64,000 bases of DNA from Dehalococcoidia bacterium (GTDB taxonomy: Bacteria > Chloroflexota > Dehalococcoidia > Bin125). The notes under the pieces are model-generated. The model saw only the letters and a list, made by a program, of their open reading frames with translations. It made no database searches and had not been told where the DNA came from. The stretch covers positions 1,856,001 through 1,920,000 of the forward strand of contig OY820591.1 in the NCBI GenBank assembly GCA_963555985.3. The letters run 5' to 3'. The position numbers and the translations under genes were made by a program. Positions 1 to 9,305 of the stretch are shown here, one piece after another (within the stretch, counting starts at the first letter, position 1; each line of letters begins with the position of its first letter).

Positions 1-998
1 TTGAGCGGCGGCGCGGCTACAGCTTTGTCGTCGGTGCGAACGGGGGCGACGGTGCTGTAGCCGATCTGTCCGAAGGTGATGAGCTGGCCTCCGCTGTCGC
101 CGTCCGGGGCGGCAAGGTTTTCCTTCTGCAAGCGGTCAATGACTGTCTGGTGCGCCTGCTCCCAGATGTCCATACCGATCCACTGCCTGCCGAGTCGCTC
201 TGCAGCGACCGGTGTGGTCGCGCAACCGCAGAATGGGTCGAGGACCATGTCGCCCTCGTTCGATGATGCTTTGATGATCCGCTCATAGAGAGCAAGCGGT
301 TTCTGTGTCGGATAACCAACACGCTCGCGCGTATTCGGACCAAAGGTCATATGCCACCAATCTTCGGGCACTTTGCCTCGGTTCTTTCGTTCAACCTCCG
401 GGCTACTGAAGCCGCCTAGCTCATTCCACTTCGACGGCACGCGAACGGCGTCTCTATTGAACGTCGCGCTTGGGTAGGAGTAGAAGAGGATCGTGTCGTG
501 CTTACGCGGGAAATGCCGCAACGCTCGTTGCGGGCCGGTGTAGCACCATGCGATCTCATTGCGGAAGTTCTTGCGCTCGAAGATGGCGTCCATCAGCGCT
601 TTCACGTAGGCCGACGCGGTGTGGTCGATGTGCAGATAGATGCTGCCGTCCTCCCGCAGCACCCGATGCATCTCCAACAGCCGCACGCCCAACCAGCAGA
701 GATAGGCGGCCATGTCCTCGCCGGCGGCGGCGCGGGCGGCTTCGATCACCTGCCAGACCGCGGGCCAGTCGTCCTGGATGGCGTCGACCCAGTCCTGATG
801 GACGTCTTTGTCCCAGCTCCAGCGGTCTTCGAACTTGGCGCCGGCGGCGAGACTGTCGGGGGTGGCGTGGAAGTCGCGGCCTTTGTTGAAGGGCGGGTCG
901 GTGGCTATGAGGTGGATGGTGTTGGAGTTGAGGCCTTTGAGGAAGGGTAGGTTGTCGCCGTGGAAGAGGGTTCGGTTGGTGAAGTTGAGGGTGGTCAT
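1..998 (-). CDS. Site-specific DNA methyltransferase (N6_N4_Mtase, beta class), 3' end outside the window
   Basis: Manual translation from ATG at 998: MTTLNFTNRTLFHGDNLPFLKG...IATDPPFN...[35 protein letters not shown]. It has the DPPF catalytic and DPFxGxxT SAM-binding motifs and no stop before the window edge, so it is absent from the ORF track. Confidence 0.9.
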   Translation of the reverse strand, partial: MTTLNFTNRTLFHGDNLPFLKGLNSNTIHLIATDPPFNKGRDFHATPDSLAAGAKFEDRWSWDKDVHQDWVDAIQDDWPAVWQVIEAARAAAGEDMAAYLCWLGVRLLEMHRVLREDGSIYLHIDHTASAYVKALMDAIFERKNFRNEIAWCYTGPQRALRHFPRKHDTILFYSYPSATFNRDAVRVPSKWNELGGFSSPEVERKNRGKVPEDWWHMTFGPNTRERVGYPTQKPLALYERIIKASSNEGDMVLDPFCGCATTPVAAERLGRQWIGMDIWEQAHQTVIDRLQKENLAAPDGDSGGQLITFGQIGYSTVAPVRTDDKAVAAPPL

Positions 999-1043
999 GC
1001 TTCATATGTTCGCGTGGGTTGGGGTGGTTTGGCAAGGGGGAGT

Positions 1044-1116
1044 CCCCCCTGTCCCCCGCGTGCGCGGGGGCAGGCTCTACGTGACATCTCCCCCCGCAGA
1101 GAGGGGGCGAGGGGGG
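1044..1116 (+). repeat. REP-like GC-rich palindromic element, family 1
   Basis: CCCCTGTCCCCCGCG-T-GCGCGGGGGCAGG hairpin followed by CATCTCCCCCCGC-AGA-GAGGGGGCGAGGG. Related copies at 4161, 4367, 7967 and 49008. Confidence 0.7.
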
Positions 1117-1219
1117 AGCTCGCGGCGAGATACCCGCGACGGGGCGCGGGTATGACGGATATTGGGCGCGGGTATGACGGAAGGGGGCGGAGGGATGGCG
1201 GAGGCGTTAGGCTGTGGGT

Positions 1220-2383
1220 ATGGAACGGGCGTATTTCGACCATGCGGCGACGACTCCGCTTGATGGGCGGGTGTTGGAGGCGATGGTGCCGGTTTTGGAG
1301 CGGGGTTGGGGGAATCCTTCGGGGATTTATCGGGAGGCTCAGGTTGCTCGGGGGATTTTGGACGGGGCTCGGGATGAGATTGCGGGGGTGTTGGGGTGTT
1401 CACCGAGTGAGGTAGTGCTGACGAGCGGGGGGACGGAGTCGGACAATGCGGCGATTCGGGGGGTGGCGCTGGCGCGTGGGTTTGCGGGGCGGCATTTGAT
1501 CACGTCGGCGATTGAGCATCATGCGGTGCTGCATCCGCTGGAGGCGTTGGAGCGGGAGGGGTTTGAGTTGACGGTGCTGCCGGTGGACGGGGAGGGGTTT
1601 GTGGATCCGGAAGAGGCGGCGGCGGCGGTTCGGGATGACACGATTTTGGTGTCGGTGATGACGGCGAACAACGAGATTGGGACGGTGCAGCCGATTGCGG
1701 AGATTGCAGCGGCGGTGAAGGCCCGGAATCGGCGGACGCTGGTGCATACGGACGCGGTGCAGGCGGCGGGTGCGGTGGATATCCGTCCGGACGTGTTGGG
1801 GGTGGACCTGATGTCGCTGACGGCGCACAAGATTTACGGGCCGAAGGGGTCTGGGGCGCTGTATGTGCGGCGGCGGACGGCGTTGGAGCCAATCTTGCTG
1901 GGTGGGGGTCAGGAGGAGGAGCGGCGCGCGGGTACGGAGTCGGTGGCGCAGGCGGTGGGCCTGGCGACGGCGCTGCAGCTCGCGGAAGCCGAGCGGTCGG
2001 AGCGGACGGCGCATGTGCGGGAGTTGCGGGATGCGTTGTGGCGGGAGTTGCGGGAGCGGGTGAGTCCGCTGCGGCTGAATGGTCCGGCGGACTGGGAGCG
2101 GCGGTTGCCGAATAACTTGCATGTGTGTTTTGCGGGCGTGGAGGGGGAGTCGATTTTGTTGCAGCTGGATATGGAGGGGTTTGCGGCGTCGAGCGGGAGC
2201 GCTTGTTCGACGGGGAGCACGGAGCCGAGTCATGTGTTGACGGCGATCGGGGTGGATCCCGATACGGCGCACTCGGCGGTGCGGTTGAGTCTGGGTCAGA
2301 GCAATACGTTGGAGCAGGTGGAGCGGTTGGCTGGGGCGGTACCTGAGATCGTGGGGCGGTTGCGGGCGTTGTCGCCGGTGTAA
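1220..2383 (+). CDS. iscS: Cysteine desulfurase (IscS/NifS, class V PLP enzyme)
   Basis: YFDHAATTP, GNPSG, HTDAVQ, SLTAHKIYGPKG (PLP Lys) and SSGSAC (catalytic Cys). Confidence 0.93.
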   Translation: MERAYFDHAATTPLDGRVLEAMVPVLERGWGNPSGIYREAQVARGILDGARDEIAGVLGCSPSEVVLTSGGTESDNAAIRGVALARGFAGRHLITSAIEHHAVLHPLEALEREGFELTVLPVDGEGFVDPEEAAAAVRDDTILVSVMTANNEIGTVQPIAEIAAAVKARNRRTLVHTDAVQAAGAVDIRPDVLGVDLMSLTAHKIYGPKGSGALYVRRRTALEPILLGGGQEEERRAGTESVAQAVGLATALQLAEAERSERTAHVRELRDALWRELRERVSPLRLNGPADWERRLPNNLHVCFAGVEGESILLQLDMEGFAASSGSACSTGSTEPSHVLTAIGVDPDTAHSAVRLSLGQSNTLEQVERLAGAVPEIVGRLRALSPV

Positions 2384-2407
2384 TGTTCGCGCGATTGGGG
2401 GATCGAC

Positions 2408-3058
2408 GTGGTGACTGAGACTCAGACGCCGGATGCGCCTGGGGCGGAAGCGGCGTCGGCGGCCGAGCTGCCGGGGTATCCGCTGCGGTTGCAGCTGCCG
2501 CCGGAGTGGGAGTTGACGGACGAGCGGTTGTTGGAGTTGGGGTCGCTGAACGAGGAGTGGTATCTGGAGGCCGACTGCGAGGGAGGGTTGCTGATCATGG
2601 CGCCACCTGGTCCGGAGAGCGGTGAGCGGGAGCTTGAGATCGGTTCGCAGATTCGCCAATGGCGACACTCGAGCGATCGAGGGCGCGCCTTTGGCTCCTC
2701 AATGTTCCAGTTACCGAACGGCTGGCGGCGTGCGCCGGACGCCGCCTGGATTAGCGACGAGCGGCTGGCGGAGATCGCGGGCGACGAGCGCATCATCTGG
2801 CGGGTCTGTCCGGACTTCGTCGTTGAGGTGCGGTCGGCGACTGACGATCTGGACGTGTTGCAGGCGAAGATGGAGATGTGGGTGTCGCAGGGGGCGCGGT
2901 TGGGTTGGTTGGTCGATCCTCGAGAGGAGGCGGTGTGGGTGTACCGGCCGGGGCGGGCGGCGGAACGGATTGAGCGGCCAGCTTCGCTGGTTGCGGAGGA
3001 GATATCGGGCGATTTGGCGATCGATTTATCGCGGGTGTGGCCGTCGCGGGAGAGCTAG
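2408..3058 (+). CDS. Uma2 family (DUF820) PD-(D/E)xK endonuclease, copy 1
   Basis: APDAAW...CPDFVVEVRS...GARLGWLVDP motifs. Confidence 0.9.
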   Translation: MVTETQTPDAPGAEAASAAELPGYPLRLQLPPEWELTDERLLELGSLNEEWYLEADCEGGLLIMAPPGPESGERELEIGSQIRQWRHSSDRGRAFGSSMFQLPNGWRRAPDAAWISDERLAEIAGDERIIWRVCPDFVVEVRSATDDLDVLQAKMEMWVSQGARLGWLVDPREEAVWVYRPGRAAERIERPASLVAEEISGDLAIDLSRVWPSRES

Positions 3059-4161
3059 GCGGTTGACCAGCGGGCGTTCAGGTTGAGATAGCGGGCGATG
3101 TCGTTGATTTCTTGCTCGATTGCTGTTTGGGCGTGGTCGTTGAGGTCGGTGAAGGGGCGGAGGGTGATGTTGACGCGGGTTTTGGTGGAGCGGTATTGCC
3201 AGGTTCCGATCAGGGTTCCGTCGGCGATGATGGTGGGGCGGATCATGCCGCCGCCGGCGTTGACTTGCTTGAGCTGGGTTTCGGGGACGCCGAGGTCGCG
3301 TTTGGCGTAGCCGAGGATGTAGGGGTCGAAAGGGCCGAGCAGACGAACGGTTTCGGGTCGGGCCAGGGTGTCGGCGAGTTGGTTGGCGGTTGATGCGGGG
3401 ATCCACATGGGGCGTCCGTCGACGTCTACCTCGGTGAGTTGGTCGGCGACGGCTTGGTGGGCAGCGCGAGCGGCAACGGCGGGAAGTCCGCTCCACCAGC
3501 GGAAATCGGCGGGGGTGGCGGGTGCGTAGGCGCGGTAGAAGATTTCGGCGAGTCTCGCGGCGGGATTGGCGGGCTGGTTGTCCGGTTCGGTGAGCCAGTC
3601 GTCGATCAGGACGTGGGCGGCTTCGCCGCCGATTTCGGGGCCGAAGCAGATGTGTCCGTTGAGGGAGGCGGAGCGGAGCAGGTGAGGGACGGCCTGGCCT
3701 TCGTGGGGCAGGTCTTGTTCGCGGAAGTGGTCGATGATCTGGTGGCGGGTGAGTGGTCCGCGTTCGCCGAGGAGGCGGCGCATGGCCTGCATGGAGCAGG
3801 CGTGGTCGTCGGGGATGATACCGAGGTCGGCGCGGCGCTTGAGGGCTTTGGCGTCCATTTCCGCGCCGAGCAACTCGAGCAGCCAGCGGAGGTCGGTGCC
3901 TGGGACGGTGTGGAGGGTGCCGCGGTGAAGCCAGGTTCGGACGAGGGTACGGTCGTGGAGGCGGGCTTGGCGGAGGTCTTCGGTGGTGAGTTCGTCAGAG
4001 CGGACTCGGACGGCGAGGAGTTCTCCGAGGCGATCTTGGGATTGGATTGCGGCGCTGGCTCGGGTTGCGTCCAGGGCGTTCGCGGCGGGGGTTCCGCTGA
4101 GGCCTTGGGCGGCGAAGCGGAGTTTGCGGGCTTCGGCGGGGGTGAGGGTGGTCACGGGCAC
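3055..4161 (-). CDS. AlkZ/YcaQ (HTH_42) winged-helix DNA glycosylase family protein
   Basis: AIQSQD (QxQ, AlkZ-type), RTWLHRGTLH, DFRWWSGL, LLGPFDPYILGY and GTW motifs. Confidence 0.88.
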   Translation of the reverse strand: MPVTTLTPAEARKLRFAAQGLSGTPAANALDATRASAAIQSQDRLGELLAVRVRSDELTTEDLRQARLHDRTLVRTWLHRGTLHTVPGTDLRWLLELLGAEMDAKALKRRADLGIIPDDHACSMQAMRRLLGERGPLTRHQIIDHFREQDLPHEGQAVPHLLRSASLNGHICFGPEIGGEAAHVLIDDWLTEPDNQPANPAARLAEIFYRAYAPATPADFRWWSGLPAVAARAAHQAVADQLTEVDVDGRPMWIPASTANQLADTLARPETVRLLGPFDPYILGYAKRDLGVPETQLKQVNAGGGMIRPTIIADGTLIGTWQYRSTKTRVNITLRPFTDLNDHAQTAIEQEINDIARYLNLNARWSTA

Positions 4162-4205
4162 CCCTCCTCTGCCTTCGGCATCTCCCCCGCAAGAGGGGAG
4201 AAGGG
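4161..4205 (+). repeat. REP-like palindrome, family 1
   Basis: CCCCTCCTCTGCCTTCGGCATCTCCCCCGCAAGAGGGGAGAAGGG forms a small hairpin plus a TCTCCCC/GGGGAGA stem. Confidence 0.7.
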
Positions 4206-4273
4206 AACTTACTGCATAGACCTACTGCGTACGCAGAGGCAGGCTTTTGCACAGCTCGCCGATCTGCGCGTTT

Positions 4274-4348
4274 CGTCACTCCCGCGAAAATGGGAATCTA
4301 TATCCCACTCGATGCGCTGTATGGATTCCCGCCTACGCGGGAATGACG
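4274..4348. repeat. Paired inverted (A/C)TTCCC-N8-GGGAAT repeat (dRS3/REP-like), family 2
   Basis: CGTCACTCCCGCGAAAATGGGAATCTA ... TGGATTCCCGCCTACGCGGGAATGACG are two palindromic units in inverted orientation. Confidence 0.75.
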
Positions 4349-4366
4349 GAAATGGGAGTTCTGCAA

Positions 4367-4408
4367 GGGTCTCCTGCGCAGCATCTCTCCGCAGTGCGAG
4401 GGGAGAGG
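4367..4408 (+). repeat. Degenerate REP-like palindrome, family 1
   Basis: CATCTCTCCGCAGTGCGAGGGGAGAGG resembles the 7967 and 49008 copies. Confidence 0.55.
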
Positions 4409-4435
4409 ATCGGCCTAAGCGGCGGTTGGGGGAGC

Positions 4436-4849
4436 TTAGCCGCCGGCGGCGGCTGCGTCGGCGATGCGTTGGTCGTGCTCGTACCACTCGGCGGTTTCTT
4501 CGCCGGGTTCGGGCAGGACCATGCCGCCTTCCATCGACCAACTGGCAGGGCCTTCGGTGATGCGGCCGCTGATCTGGTCGCGGGGGATGCCGGTGTGGTG
4601 GGCGAAGGCGGCCTGGAGGCCTTCGAGGAGCTCGTCCTTCTTGGACTGGGGGCGACCGGCGCGGTTGCCGCCGTCGATGAAGTAGGGGGCGTCCCAGGGG
4701 GACTCGTCGTACTCGTTGAAGACGACGTGGACGAAGGAGCGGGGAGCGTTGGTGGCGCCGCAGTGAACGTCGGTGAAGGCAAGGGCGACGGCCTTGCGGG
4801 TTTCGTAGGGAACCGAGTCTTTGGGGACGACGCAGCGGTAGAAGGGCAT
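4436..4849 (-). CDS. Tautomerase superfamily protein, cis-CaaD-like
   Basis: N-terminal Pro after Met, TDVH...APRSFVHVVF, NRAGR and MEGGMVLPEPGEE..W as in cis-3-chloroacrylic acid dehalogenase-like proteins. Confidence 0.8.
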   Translation of the reverse strand: MPFYRCVVPKDSVPYETRKAVALAFTDVHCGATNAPRSFVHVVFNEYDESPWDAPYFIDGGNRAGRPQSKKDELLEGLQAAFAHHTGIPRDQISGRITEGPASWSMEGGMVLPEPGEETAEWYEHDQRIADAAAAGG

Positions 4850-4894
4850 GAGGGCTCCAGATTCTTGCGCCGGGCGGCGGCGGTTGGGGACAGT

Positions 4895-5218
4895 CTAGGC
4901 GTCGGCGACGCTGACGACCAGTTCGTCGATGGTGGCGCCGGAGATTTCGCTCCAGACCTCGCAGATGCGGGTCATGAGGGCGACGCGGGTGTCCTGATCG
5001 ATGCCGCCGGGGACGGCGCCGCGGACGAGGGAGGTGGTGGAGAGTTCGCCGCCGCGGAAGCCGAAGCCCTGGGGGATGTCGGTGAAGCGGACTTCGCCGA
5101 CGAGGTCGAGGTCGGCGACTTCTTTGGCGACGCTGGCAAGGGCCTGGGCGAGTTGGTCACGGGTGTGTTGGGGGATTTGTCCCTCCTGCATGGTGCAGGC
5201 GAAAGTGATATCGGGCAT
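4895..5218 (-). CDS. Tautomerase superfamily protein
   Basis: Pro-1, double beta-alpha-beta size (107 aa), GFGFRGG; tandem with the preceding tautomerase. Confidence 0.65.
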   Translation of the reverse strand: MPDITFACTMQEGQIPQHTRDQLAQALASVAKEVADLDLVGEVRFTDIPQGFGFRGGELSTTSLVRGAVPGGIDQDTRVALMTRICEVWSEISGATIDELVVSVADA

Positions 5219-5308
5219 AGGCGGGGGTCTCCTGTTCAGGTGAGATTAGAGTAGCGGGCTTGGGACAGTTCAAGCTTCTGCCGCAGTTCGCCGGGATATG
5301 ATGCCGAC

Positions 5309-5947
5309 ATGGTTGTCGCACGACCCGAGGCTGAAGATGTCACCGCGCTGCTCGCGGCTCTTGGCAGCGCGCCGCTGAAACTCAGACTGCCGCCCGATTG
5401 GGTGCTGACCAACGAGAAACTACTTGAGCTTTGCAGCCTGAACGATGCCGTGCCGTTCGAGGTGGACGAGACGGGGGCGTTGATCGTGGGCTTGCCGAGT
5501 GGTCAGGCCAGCTCTTGGATCAGTCTTGAGTTCGCTGTTGCGCTGCACCATTGGATGAGCGTGGAAGCGGGCGACTTGGCCTTTGGCTCAGACGCGCTCT
5601 TCGGCTTGCCGGACGGGAGCCGACGAGTGCCCGACGCAGCCTGGGTCAGCGGCGAGCGGCTCCAGGGAATCGACATCTTCGACGGCAACGTGTGGAGCGT
5701 GACGCCGGACTTCATTGTGGAGGTTCGCTCGCTGACCGACGATATCGAGGATTTGCAGCAGAAGATGGAGCTGTGGTTGCGCAATGGCGTGCGGTTGGGC
5801 TGGCTGGTGGATCCGTTCGATCGGTGGGTGTGGGTGTATCGGCCGGGGGCCGAGGCGGTGATGTTGGAGCGCCCGCAGGAGATGTCGGACGACGAGGTGT
5901 TGCCGGGGATGGTGGTGGATCTGCGGCGGATCTGGCGTCCGGAGTAG
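5309..5947 (+). CDS. Uma2 family endonuclease, copy 2
   Basis: VPDAAW...TPDFIVEVRS...GVRLGWLVDP. Confidence 0.9.
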   Translation: MVVARPEAEDVTALLAALGSAPLKLRLPPDWVLTNEKLLELCSLNDAVPFEVDETGALIVGLPSGQASSWISLEFAVALHHWMSVEAGDLAFGSDALFGLPDGSRRVPDAAWVSGERLQGIDIFDGNVWSVTPDFIVEVRSLTDDIEDLQQKMELWLRNGVRLGWLVDPFDRWVWVYRPGAEAVMLERPQEMSDDEVLPGMVVDLRRIWRPE

Positions 5948-6066
5948 ATTGCGGCGGTGTTTGGGTTTGTTCAGTAACATTTGACCATCCGGGGGCGGGG
6001 CGGTTTTGCGCCCCTTCGCTGGACTGATCGCGACGACAGTCCGCTAGCGCCGCCACGAGCCGAACG

Positions 6067-6705
6067 ATGCCTGAAGTCGCCGTACAGCCCGCTCCGACGC
6101 CGACGATCCCGACGAACGAGGCGACGTTCATCGGCTGCCTGCGGCTCGTGATGCCTGAGGGGATGGCGCTGAGCGATGACCTGCTGCTGGAGATCGGGGC
6201 GCGGAACGAAACCTGGCGTTTCGAGTCCGACGCGGAAGGAGCGCTCCTGATTATGGCTCCTGCGGGGACCTTGAGTGGGCGGCGAGGGATGCTGATCGGC
6301 ACCCAACTTCAGAATTGGGCTGGCGCCGGAGCGGGCGGCGACGTCTTCGATGCCAGTTCGCTCTTTCGCCTGCCCGACGGCAATCGGCGCGCGCCCGATA
6401 TCGCCTGGCTCAGCCCGGAGCGATTGTCCGAAGTGGACGAAGACGATGAGGGCGTCTGGCGAGTCACACCCGACTTCGTGATTGAGATCCGCTCGCGTAA
6501 CGACGACCTATCGGAGCAACAGGCGAAGATGGAGTTGTGGATTGCCAACGGGGCGCGTCTGGGGTGGTTGATCGATCCATTTGAGGAACGTTTATGGGTG
6601 TATCGACCGGATCATGAGCCGGAGGAATTGGCGCGTCCGATACGGATCGGGGATGCGGAAGTGTTGCCGGGGTTGGATGTGGATTTGAGTCGGGTGTGGC
6701 GCTGA
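6067..6705 (+). CDS. Uma2 family endonuclease, copy 3
   Basis: APDIAW...TPDFVIEIRS...GARLGWLIDP. Confidence 0.9.
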   Translation: MPEVAVQPAPTPTIPTNEATFIGCLRLVMPEGMALSDDLLLEIGARNETWRFESDAEGALLIMAPAGTLSGRRGMLIGTQLQNWAGAGAGGDVFDASSLFRLPDGNRRAPDIAWLSPERLSEVDEDDEGVWRVTPDFVIEIRSRNDDLSEQQAKMELWIANGARLGWLIDPFEERLWVYRPDHEPEELARPIRIGDAEVLPGLDVDLSRVWR

Positions 6706-6776
6706 TTGCGGTGGTGTTCGGGTTTGTTCAGGGAAGTTTTTTCTTTGGGCGGACTCGGGAAAACGCGGGCAGGGCT

Positions 6777-7907
6777 TCATGAGGTTGATTGCTCCTCTGT
6801 TCTGGGTTGATTGATAGCGAGTTGGGGAGGGGTGTGAGAGATCGGGAGATGCGTGAGCTGGTCGGTGCGGGTGGGTAGGTCGATGCGGTGGTGGGCGTGG
6901 AAACGGCTGAGGCCGGGGGTTTCGATCATGCGTTGGTTGAGGAGTGGCCAGGTGGCGGCTGAGGTGTCGATGCCGATCCACCGGCGATTGAGTTTCTCGG
7001 CGGCGATGCAGGTAGTGGCGCAGCCGCAGAACGGATCGAGGACGATGTCGCCCTCGTTGGAGGATGCGGCGATGATGCGCTCGATCAAGGCCAGCGGCTT
7101 TTGGGTGGGGTAGCCGACTCGCTCCTTGTTGCCGGGGCCTCCGAGGATGCGGATGTCGTCCCACCAGTCGCGCAGGGGCGGGCCTTGGGCGGAGTAGCGG
7201 GACTCGCGCATTCCGGCGGGAATCTTGCCGTCGGCGACGGCCTGGCGGTATTTCCGCTCGTCGAAGATGGTGACCATGTTGCGGCTGTGGTTGGCGTTGT
7301 AGCCGCGCCGCCTGGCGCTCTCGTAGGTGCGCTTGGTGCCTTCGGTGAAGTCGCCGCGCTGGACGTTGAAGGTGTTGTCGTCGCCGCGCGCGTAGAAGAG
7401 GAGGACGTCGTGCTTGGCTTGCCATTTTTTGGCTTTGGAGGGCATACCGCGGTAGCCCCAGATGATCTCGTTGCGGAAGGCTTGTTTGCCGAAGATCGCA
7501 TCGAGCAGGGCTTTGAGGTAGTGGCTGGCGGTGGGGTCGCAGTGGAGGTAGAGAGAGCCGGTGGGCTTGAGCACGCGGTGCAGTTCGAAGAGGCGGACGC
7601 AGATGAAGGTGAGATAGGCCTGCATCGACTCGCCGTAGGCGCGACCTGCGGCGGTGACGACAGCCCAGATCGCGTGATCGGAGGTTTCGATCTGGGCGAC
7701 CCACTCCTCTTTGATGTCGTCCAGCGTCCAGATGTCGTCGAAGACGGCGCCGGCGGCGCCGGAATCGAGCGGAGCTTGCCAGTGCTTGCCGGTGTTGAAG
7801 GGGGGATCGAGGTAGATCAGGTCAATGCACTCGCTGTTGATGCCGCGGAGTACGTCGAGGTTGTCGAGGGTGAAGATGGTGCGGTTGTCGACGTTGAGTC
7901 TGGGCAT
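6777..7907 (-). CDS. Site-specific DNA methyltransferase (N6_N4_Mtase, beta class), paralog of the 1..998 gene
   Basis: Start [46 protein letters not shown]. The ORF-track N-terminal extension overlaps nuoB and is not used. Confidence 0.9.
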   Translation of the reverse strand: MPRLNVDNRTIFTLDNLDVLRGINSECIDLIYLDPPFNTGKHWQAPLDSGAAGAVFDDIWTLDDIKEEWVAQIETSDHAIWAVVTAAGRAYGESMQAYLTFICVRLFELHRVLKPTGSLYLHCDPTASHYLKALLDAIFGKQAFRNEIIWGYRGMPSKAKKWQAKHDVLLFYARGDDNTFNVQRGDFTEGTKRTYESARRRGYNANHSRNMVTIFDERKYRQAVADGKIPAGMRESRYSAQGPPLRDWWDDIRILGGPGNKERVGYPTQKPLALIERIIAASSNEGDIVLDPFCGCATTCIAAEKLNRRWIGIDTSAATWPLLNQRMIETPGLSRFHAHHRIDLPTRTDQLTHLPISHTPPQLAINQPRTEEQSTS

Positions 7908-7966
7908 GGGATGTCCTTGGGCATATGTTCGCATGTGCTGGGCGGCTTGGCAAGAGGTTGGCGGGC

Positions 7967-8019
7967 ACCCCCCTCTGTCCCAACGGGACCGCTCCCCCCG
8001 CAGTGCGGGGGGAGCGGGG
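7967..8019 (+). repeat. REP-like palindrome, family 1
   Basis: CCCCCTCTGTCCCAACGGGAC-CGCTCCCCCCGCAGTGCGGGGGGAGCGG, with a perfect second stem. Confidence 0.75.
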
Positions 8020-8073
8020 ATTGGGCGTCGTGTATCCTTTGGAGGCCGCTTGGGCGGACGGTTCGGAGGACTC

Positions 8074-8781
8074 ATGGTCCAGCGCACGATTGATACCGGG
8101 GGAGCACCGATTCCGCTGCTTGACCCGGTGACGGATGTCGAGGACGAGCTGCGTTCGCAGTTGCTGGTCTCGACGGTGGACAAGGTGTTTGGCTGGGCGC
8201 GGCGGTCTTCGCTGTGGCCGGCGATGTTCGGGCTGGCGTGCTGCGCGATTGAGATGATTGCGACGGCGAATGCTCGCTATGACTTGGCGCGCTTCGGGGC
8301 GGAGGTGTTCCGGGCGTCGCCGCGGCAGGCGGATCTGATGATCGTGGCGGGGACGGTGACCTGGAAGATGGCTCCGCCGGTGCGGCGGATTTACTTGCAG
8401 ATGGCGGAGCCGAAGTGGGTGATCTCGATGGGGTCGTGCTCGAACATCGGGGGGCCGTTCGCGCATGGGTACTCGACGCTGCCCGGGGTGAACAACGTCG
8501 TGCCGGTGGACGTGTACGTGCCGGGCTGTCCACCGCGGCCGGAGTCGCTGCTGGCGGGGCTGATGCTGCTTCAGCAGGTGATCGACGAGGAGCACGAGCA
8601 CGGCGGTCGGCGGCGGCGGCCGGAGCCGACGGGCGACTTCTCGCGGATGCTGCCTGAGGGCGATCCGATTCGGGCGGAGCTGGAGTCGTTGTTCCCGCCG
8701 TATCTGACGGCGGACGGTCAGCCGCGCGATCGGCGCACGGGGGCGCTGCCCTACGACGAGAACTTCTTCAGCAGCCGCTAG
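8074..8781 (+). CDS. nuoB: NADH-quinone oxidoreductase subunit B
   Basis: [39 protein letters not shown]; GGAGG RBS before ATG 8074. Confidence 0.95.
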   Translation: MVQRTIDTGGAPIPLLDPVTDVEDELRSQLLVSTVDKVFGWARRSSLWPAMFGLACCAIEMIATANARYDLARFGAEVFRASPRQADLMIVAGTVTWKMAPPVRRIYLQMAEPKWVISMGSCSNIGGPFAHGYSTLPGVNNVVPVDVYVPGCPPRPESLLAGLMLLQQVIDEEHEHGGRRRRPEPTGDFSRMLPEGDPIRAELESLFPPYLTADGQPRDRRTGALPYDENFFSSR

Positions 8782-8819
8782 TCTGTTGCGGAGCCGAGGA
8801 GAGCGGAGAGGGGCGCGAG

Positions 8820-9305
8820 ATGGTGTTCGGCAAGGGTATCGCCAAGGGTCTGCTGACGGTGGTCAAGCATGTCCGCAAGGAGCCGGTGACGGTCGAATTT
8901 CCGGAGCAGGAGCGGGACATCCCTCCGCGCGCGCGGACGAACCTGGTCTGGTTCGTGGAGCGCTGCACGGGCTGCTCAACCTGCGCGCAGAGCTGTCCCG
9001 ACGGCTGCATTCTGGTGGAGACGGAGCCGCGCGAGGACGGGAGCTTCCTCGTCAACCGCTACGAGATCGATTTTCGGCTGTGCATGTACTGCGGTCTGTG
9101 CGCGGAGGCGTGTCCGTATGAGGCAATCCAGGTGGGCGGGTCGTACACGAACGTGGTGACGAATCCGAATCGGCTGTACAAGGACAAGGACGACCTGATC
9201 GAGTTGGCGAACGAGTACCTCGAAGGTCACGACTGGGTGTATCCGAACGGCCAGCGGGCGGTGGAGCAGACGGTGCATCCGACGGAGCGCCGGCAGCATC
9301 ACTAG
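8820..9305 (+). CDS. nuoI: NADH-quinone oxidoreductase subunit I (2x[4Fe-4S])
   Basis: VTVEFPE, CTGCSTCAQSCP and CMYCGLCAEACP. Confidence 0.9.
   Translation: MVFGKGIAKGLLTVVKHVRKEPVTVEFPEQERDIPPRARTNLVWFVERCTGCSTCAQSCPDGCILVETEPREDGSFLVNRYEIDFRLCMYCGLCAEACPYEAIQVGGSYTNVVTNPNRLYKDKDDLIELANEYLEGHDWVYPNGQRAVEQTVHPTERRQHH
9228..9305 (+). repeat. 78-bp direct repeat, copy 1 (3' end of nuoI)
   Basis: 77/78 identical to 10045-10122. Confidence 0.95.

Noticed and set aside
3055-3058. Overlapping convergent stop codons (CTAG/CTAA at 3055, 24568, 42308) as a special signal
   Set aside because: Four-nt stop overlaps are common between convergent genes in compact genomes and are only informative at nuoI, where a repeat accompanies them.
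4885-4897. Recurrent TTGGG(G)ACAGT motif (4885, 5260, 9996)
   Set aside because: In two of the three it reads as a TAGACT -10 element on the minus strand, so it is probably an ordinary promoter; too short to call a repeat family.
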